From Octopus vulgaris (lineage: Eukaryota), in assembly GCA_951406725.2 (NCBI GenBank), contig OX597833.1, forward strand, positions 27,404,001 through 27,468,000: 64,000 bases of DNA, read 5' to 3'. This document shows, in pieces, positions 56,843 to 64,000 of the stretch (positions are counted from its first letter, which is position 1; each line of letters opens with the position of its first letter). Under the pieces are notes generated by a model. That model ran no database searches. It had not been told where the DNA came from and saw nothing but the letters and a program-made list of their open reading frames with translations. The position numbers and the translations under genes are program-made.

Positions 56843-59163
56843 TCATCATCGTTTAGCGTCCGCTTTCCATGCTAGCATGGGTTGGACGGTTCAACTTGGG
56901 TCTGGGAAGCCAGAAGGCTGCACCAGGCCCAGTTTGATCTGGCAATGTTTCTACGGCTGGATGCCCTTCCTAACGCCAACCACTCCATGAGTGTAGTGGG
57001 TGCTTTTTACGTGCCACCGGCACGAGGCCAGTCGGGGCGGCGCTGGCAACGGCCACATTCGGATGGTTCTCTTATGTGCCACTGGCACTGATAACTCAGC
57101 TGCAATTTCCATTGATCGATTTCAATTCTGTTTCTCACTTGCCTCAACAGGTCTTCACAAGTAGAGTTTTGTGTCCCAAAAAGGGAAGGTATGCATAAGT
57201 GGGCTGGCTACATCCCATGTAGAAGGCCACGGGTTATGGTCTCACTTGTCCTGCCGGGTCTTCTCACACACAGCATACTTCCAGAGGTCTCGGTCTCTAA
57301 TTTGAAGGTCGTGCTTCACCACCTCGTCCCAGGTTTACCTGGGTCTGCCTCTTCCACAGGTTCCCTCAACCACTAGGGTGTGGCACTTTTTCACGCAACT
57401 ATCTTCATCCATTCTCGCCACATGTCCATACCAGCGCAATCGTCTCTCTTGCATACCACATCTGATGCTTCTTAGGTCCAGCTTTTCTCTCAAGGTACTT
57501 ACACTCTGTTGAGTATGAATACTGACATTACACATCCATCGGAGCATACTGGCTTCATTTCTTGCGAGCTTACGCATATCCTCAGCAGTCACGGCCCATG
57601 TTTCACTGCCATGTAGCATGGCTGTTCGTACACATACGTCATACAGTCTGCCTTTTACTCTGAGCAAGAGGCCTTTTGTCACCAGCAGAGGTAAGAGCTC
57701 TCTGAACTTTGCCCAAGCTATTCTTACTCTAGCAGTTACACTTTCAGCACACCCGCCCCCGCTGCTGACTTGATCACCTAGGTAACGGAAGCTATCAACT
57801 ATTTCTAGTTTTTCTCCCTGGAAAGTGACAGAAGTTGGTCTCAGAGCATTTTCAGTGTTTATTGTTCCTGAGCATCTGCCACATACAAAAACCATCTTCC
57901 TAGTTAGCCTTCCTTTGACATTGCTGCACCTCTTATGTGTCCATAGCTTACACTTGGTGCATCTTATAGAGTTTCTACCTACACCTTTTCTACAGATCGA
58001 GCAGGGCCATCTACCTGAAGGCGTTTGTGATTTGTCTACCTTCCTACTTATTAGGACTTTGGTTTTAGCTAGATTGACTCTAAGGCCCTTCAATTCTAAT
58101 CCTTGCTTCCACACCTGAAACTTCTCCTCCAGTTCTGATAGTGACTCAGCAATTAGAGCAAGGTCATCAGCATAGAGGAGCTCCCAAGGGCATCCTGTCT
58201 TGAATTCCTCCGTTATTACCTGGAGGACTATGATAAATAGGAGGGGGCTGAAGACTGAGCCTTGGTGGACCCCTACCTCTACCCGGAATTCTTCACTGTA
58301 CTCGTTGCCAACCCTCACCTTACTAGCAGCGTCCCTGTACATGGCTCGCACAGCTCTCACTAACCATTCATCTATCCCTAGTTTCCTCATTGACCACCAG
58401 ATGAGGAATCGGGGGACCCTGTCGAAAGGCTTTCTCCATATCAACAAAAGCCAGGTACAGGGGCTTATCTTTGGCTAGGTATTTCTCCTGCAGCTGCCTT
58501 ACCAGGAATATAGCATCAGTGGTACTTTTCCCTGGCACGAACCCAAACTGCATCTCATCTAAACTAACTCTCTCTCTAATTAGTTGGGCTATGACCCTCT
58601 CCGTAACCTTCATCACCTGATCCAACAGCTTGGTACCTCTGTAATTATTTGTATCTAGGGTGTCACCTTTACCTTTGTAGCAGTTGACTATTATGCTGCT
58701 ACACCAGTCATTGGGTATGACTGCTTCGTGTATCACCTGATTAACTATACGGGTGACTAGGCTATAGCCGACACTACTAGATATTTTGAGCATCTCTGCA
58801 GTGATTCCTGATGGGCCTGGGGCTTTCCCTGTCTTCATGCTTCTAATTGGAAGTTCTACCAAGGAACTGTCAACTCGGATAGCTGGTCCCTCTGTTGGGT
58901 CAACATTCGACAGACTCTCTTTATATATACATATATATAAATATATGTGTGTGTATGCATGTGTCTGTGTTTGTCCCCCCTCCCCATCATCACTTGATAA
59001 CTGATGTTGATGTGTTTATGTCCCCGTATCTTAGTGGTTCGGCAAAAGAGATCGATAGAATAAGTACTAGGCTTACAAAGAATAAATCCTGGGATCGATT
59101 TGTTCGACTAAAGGCGGTGCTCCGGCATGGCCACAGTCAAATGACTGAAACAAATAAGAAAAT
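56632..59163 (+). mobile_element. SINE family A split by an RTE insertion
   Basis: Head 56632-56795, then (TA)n; tail 58945-59163. Confidence 0.88.
56840..58920 (-). mobile_element. 5'-truncated RTE LINE, relatively young; RT with one frameshift, 3' UTR and (GAT)n tail
   Basis: ORFs 58368-58862 (KAPGPSG, NYRG.KLL, QFGF.PG.ST.DAIF, FVD.EKAF) and 57335-58447 (GV.QGS..SP.LF, LYADD, F.YLG, GSETW, LRWYGHV). Confidence 0.95.
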
Positions 59164-59189
59164 AATATATACATACATACACATATATC

Positions 59190-59490
59190 CTCGTGACCGA
59201 CCAGGCTATCAGATGTTGCTACACATTGCTGGTCACAATGCGCTTCGCATTGTTTTAGCCTTCAAATGACGCCATCCCGCTGGCTAAGCGAGCAGGCCAA
59301 CAGAAGAAAGAGTGAGAGAAAGTTGTGGCGAAAGAGTACAGCAGGGATCACCCCCCCCCCCCTGCAGGAGCCTTGTGGAGCTTTAGGTGTTTTCGCTCAA
59401 TAAACACTCACAACGCCCGGTTTGGGAATCGAACCTGCGATCCTACGACCGTGAGTCCGCTGCCCTAACCACTGGGCCATTGCACCTCTA
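59190..59490 (-). mobile_element. tRNA-derived SINE (family C-like head)
   Basis: Reverse complement: GGTGCAATGGCCCAGTGGTTAGGG..GGTTCGATTCCC. Confidence 0.8.
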
Positions 59491-59852
59491 CATATATATA
59501 TACACACACACACACATATATATATGCCAGATACTAGTGTCACGTAAATGGCACATAAAAGCACCCATTACACTCTGAGTGGTTGGCATTAGGAAGGACA
59601 TCCAGCCATAGAAAACCATGCCTAATCAGACCGGAGTCTGGTGCAGCTTTCCCGCTTACCAACCCTGGTCAACCCATCCAGCATGGACAATGGATGTTAA
59701 ATGATGATGAATATATATATGTATATATATACACACGCATACATGTATGTGTACTAGTGTACCTGTACTGTCAAAAATCTGGCATTTAAAAAAATAAGCT
59801 GAAACTGTTATTTAATAAATACATTGACATAACACACATTCCATATATTGTA

Positions 59853-60990
59853 TCAGGTTGTAACAAAAAGTTCTGTTAGTTTTCTTAATTGAAATAAAAA
59901 TGAAAATGCAACCAAAAATAGATTTATTTAATTATCAATACTGTCACCATTCTTTTCAATGACACCTTCCCATCTTTCCCAAAGCTTTTTGATACCCTTT
60001 TCATAAAATTTACTTGGTTTTGACTCAAAAAAAAAGAAACTAGCTTCATTTCAACCTCTTCTCATGTACTAAGCCAAAGTCCAGCAAAATGATTCTGTAA
60101 GATTCTAAAAAGATGATTATCTGTTGGAGCAAGGTGGGTGAAGCATAATTTCCCAGCCAAATTCTTCTAGTCGCTCTTGCATTATCATGCTGCAGGATCA
60201 CTTGTTTTCTGTTTTCAGGCTATTTTTCCTGCAAAACTGTTTTTAAACATCTTAATTGATGGCAGTAAACTCCAGCTGTTATTGTTTGTCACCTAACAGC
60301 TCATAATAAACAATCCCCCCCCCCCCATGTTCCACCATGCACTTAAAAGAATCTTCTTTGGATGCAGACCACTTTCAAGCTCTTGGTTTGTAGAGAATCC
60401 ACTTACCTCCAGTAATGATTCTGTCTAAAAAAGGTGTTTGGAGTTCATGAGAATGCCATGAGACACAGCAGTCCACACATTTGCAATTGGATTCTGACAT
60501 ATATGTGGAACCCATCTTCTAGCTTGAAGACTTTGCCAAGTCTTATTATTTCATGATAGGTGGTCATATGGTTCACATTAAACTCCTTACTCAGTTCGCT
60601 AGTTGTAATGGATGGATTTTCATCAACAGTAGCTTGCATTTCCTCAGAATTGAGTCCTTTGGGGCATCCTTTTCATGCTTCATCTTTTAGACTGAAGTCA
60701 CCCTTTTTGAAATGTAAAAACCATCTCTGCATGTCGTTTCATTCACCACATCATTTCCATAAGTGTTTTTGAGTGATCATGCTACTGAGCTTCCTGTATT
60801 CCCCTTTTGGAATTCAAACAGCAAAGCATGCCATATGTGCTCTTTACTTGGAGTGTATATTTGAGCTATCTGAAAGAAGAAATATTTTAGTGATTTAAAA
60901 AGCTACTAATATCATTTAGAAGCTAGAATGAAGTAATCATGTCTTATAATTATCCTTCAAAAAATGGATAGAGCTTTCATTACTGCCTGA
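59853..60990 (-). mobile_element. Decayed full-length mariner
   Basis: TA|TCAGG termini at both ends; ATVDENPSITTSELSKEFNV.H.T (HTH); LAPTD.HLF..LQN; GI.KL..RW..VI...G. Confidence 0.8.
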
Positions 60991-62360
60991 TACAATATGA
61001 ACAATTACTTGTACAATATGAATGATTACAGTTTTATTGAAAATACTTTGAAGAATTAGATCCAAAGAGAATTAAATATGATGGAAATTTTCATTTCATT
61101 TATTTTAATATTTTATTTAGGTTAAAACAAAATTTCTTTGTTTATTTACTGAAGATTTTGTCAATGATTTATTTATTGCATTGCTTTTAAGCCTGCACCA
61201 TGAAAAAAATGACAGCACTTCACCCATATATTTATCAAAAGTTATTTATGACTTACACCTAGGCATGGGTAAAAGATTTTACTGCCTACAGTTTACCTAC
61301 TTCAGTTCATGATGGATAATATAACGGAGAAAATTCCTTGAAAAGTTTTATCTTTAAAAGGAGTTGGACTAATTTCCTTCTTTGTTAGTTCTTTCATTGA
61401 TCTACAAGATAAGAAAAGATTATGCAAATAATAAATATAAATGAATATTATGACTGGGCAGATAAGACCTGTAAATATATATTTATTCAGAACTTGTCCA
61501 CATACACTCACAATACTCCCTTTGATGATCTGTAAACCACTTTACATATCTATTGAGTCCTCATTTAAACTATGGTCTTCCTAGATCTATACTTGGCATG
61601 TGTGTTTGTCAAATTTATTTCAGTACACAGCAGAAAAGAAATGAATTTAAAAACTTCAAACTTTTCTGATATGAGATATTTCCATTTACTTATGATGTTT
61701 CAGTATGTGTCTGAATATATATACATGTTTTTCTGTGTTAATGTGCATGTTTGTTTATTTGAGAAAACACCAGAATTGAAGGGAGATAAATTTTCAAATT
61801 TATTGCTGGGCTTCCATGCAATTTCCACTAGTCATTGGACAATCCTGCTCACTTTCTATGATAGTTTGTTTTCAGCAATAGATTTGTATGTGTGTATTCA
61901 TTTGAGCAGTGGCCATACTTCCTTCATATCTTCCAGTCTTCTATGTTAAAAATGATTGGATACATTGACTGGTGTAGTCCTATACAGATTTCATTTGGAA
62001 AAGAAAAAGAATGAACATGAAATGGTCATGATGGACCACCTTTGAACATGGTTCTGTTAAATCAAGATTGACCTAGGGTTAAACAAACAACTTTTGTCAT
62101 GTATATTTTTTTTAAATTGCACTTCATTCATTATCACTTTGCCCACAATGCTCTGTGATAATGAGATTTGTACAATTTTTTATTCATACATGTGTGTGGG
62201 GGGGGTACAGTGAATATGTAGATATATATTCTTATTCTTAAACAAGAATGTTGTTGACAGCAATTTTGAATGCAAAAGTATAGGAACCTATCAGATTAAT
62301 GTGAAATTTGTTATAAGTGAACATAAAAACAAACATGAATATATATATATATGATGATGA

Positions 62361-62750
62361 CTAGCAGTATCGCCCGGCGTTGCTTGGGTTTGTAAGGGAA
62401 ATAACTATATAAGCATTTTTAGAGATGTAAAGTATAATAGCCATCTCAATATGGTTAACCACAAAGGTGGGGGGGGGTATTACTGTAGCTTTTTACGTTC
62501 TGAGATTTAATAATAAACTTTTAGAGAGTTACTTCCCTTATATATGCCAAAAATGGGAAAAATTGATGGTAAATTTTTTGTTAAATCGTAGACTCATCGT
62601 AGACGCGCGCTAATACCCAGAAGGGCTCGATATGAATCACGACTATAAGATACCCAGTTTTGGTTAAACTGCACCGCAAAATGTGGGAGTAGTTAGGAAT
62701 CTAAAGCGTAGGAGACAGACAGCACACAACCTTACTTTTATATATAAAGA
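62361..62750 (-). mobile_element. Non-autonomous Helitron
   Basis: Minus: 5'-TCTTTATATATAAAAG ... hairpin CCCAAGCAACGCCGGG ... CTAG-3', inserted between A and T. Confidence 0.85.
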
Positions 62751-62814
62751 TATATATATATATGCACATATATATATATGTATGCACATATATATGTATG
62801 TACATATATATATG

Positions 62815-63135
62815 TATGCACCCAGTTTCACAGCACAGTACCTTGGGCAAGCATATTCTATCACTCCAGGCCCACCTAATCCTTGTGAGTTGGTTTGGTA
62901 GAGGGGAAACTTAATGAAGCTCGCTATCTGTATGTGTATTTGTGTACCCTCTTCTTGGCATCATGTGATGATTGTAAATGAGTATGCTGGCCATTCTGAA
63001 AAAAAAAAACGTCTGACTGTGGGGGAAATAGGTGAGGGTTGGTGAATGGAAGGCTGTGGAAAATCTGCTTCAACAAATTCCATCTGACCCATGAGAGCAT
63101 GGAAAAGTTGACATTAAATGGTGATGGTGATGATA
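62815..63135 (+). mobile_element. SINE with family-A-like head and RTE-derived tail
   Basis: CCTTGGGCAAG head; tail GCATGGAAAAGTTGACATTAAATG(GTGAT)n matches the RTE 3' end at 56840-56880. Confidence 0.6.
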
Positions 63136-63594
63136 GCTTGTCCTTCCCTTCCAATTTGTAATTTTTTTTGTGTGTGTTTTTGACGTTTGTCCCGCCAAGT
63201 GAAATGTGTTCAAATTTAATCACCTTACTGTTTGTTTAGTAGTGTTGTTGTTTTAGCCCAGGGATTAATATAATAACCATCCTGTGTTTTTCTTTTCTTT
63301 TTTGTAGGGTTTTTGCCACATGTAATAATTCTCAAGCTGTGTTATTTAATGATTTTTATTTATTGTTAAGACAGTAGAATATGAGGGAGATTTGGCTGTT
63401 ATTTCTTGGAGTTTGACTAATCATCTAGAGTCTTTCTTATTGGCTTGTTTATAAGTTATTCAAGGAAATGAGAGAGAATGCTCATGACTTTTGATTGCCA
63501 CAGCTTCATATTGGTGAGACTGATATTACTGATGCCCATTCTGAATGTTAATGTATGCAGGACAGGAAACAAGTTGTCTGCTGTGAATTATGCT

Positions 63595-63970
63595 AAAGCT
63601 AAAGGTGCCCAAGGCCTGAGTATATTGGCACTTTTAAACTGGTTAGTATAATATGCCTATCACTCAGCTAAAGGTACCCAAGGACCATTTGATGTGAGAG
63701 TTTAAAATGGACGTCATGTTTAGTCTCTCACCTGACTAAAAGCACTCAAAGATAATCTTGGGAATGGGGTTAAACCAGACATCATATGAGGCTTTCCCAA
63801 TTGAATGTATACAAGGTTTTATGTAGAGGAGGTGTTAAATGAGTCGTTCCACCTAACTAAAAGCATAATATTATCTTTGAGATGAGGGTTAAATTAAGCA
63901 TCATGTGAGGCCTTCCACCCAAATAAAGGTACTCGTGGATCACAGGATGTTAAACTGAGTGGCCATGTTA
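63595..63970. repeat. Degenerate ~60-70-bp tandem repeat
   Basis: CTAAARGYAC.CAA..GTTAAA..CAT motif at ~63599, 63668, 63736, 63857 and 63923. Confidence 0.55.
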
Positions 63971-64000
63971 GGAATAACAGTTTACTATGAGGGAGTTGTT

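Noticed and set aside
63595-63970. CRISPR-like repeat-spacer pattern
   Set aside because: Eukaryotic context, poorly conserved repeats, no cas genes.

Overview
AT-rich, repeat-dense eukaryotic DNA. The SINE/RTE/microsatellite landscape looks cephalopod (octopus-like), which is my inference. Most predicted ORFs are microsatellite or antisense artefacts. The window holds many decayed transposons: mariner, maT/DD37D-like, a Chapaev3-like element, Helitron, hAT/piggyBac/pogo MITEs, RTE, R4/Dong, Tx1-like, Gypsy and Penelope fragments, and several tRNA-derived SINE families. Two candidate host-gene signals stand out. One is an intronless 187-aa orphan ORF (38355-38918, -) ending in a PP2A-B56-type LxxIxE motif. 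The other is a probable promoter/first exon at ~47.8-48.16 kb (+), followed by a CpG-depleted (likely gene-body-methylated) region. The most unusual structure is a recurring class of short microsatellite-embedded fold-back elements carrying hammerhead-ribozyme motifs (Penelope-like), with a strand-biased G.T mismatch pattern between their arms. An RTE family with a PHD finger inside its RT and ORF1-only Tx1 derivatives are also notable. All alignments and counts were done by eye, and coordinates of decayed repeats are approximate.
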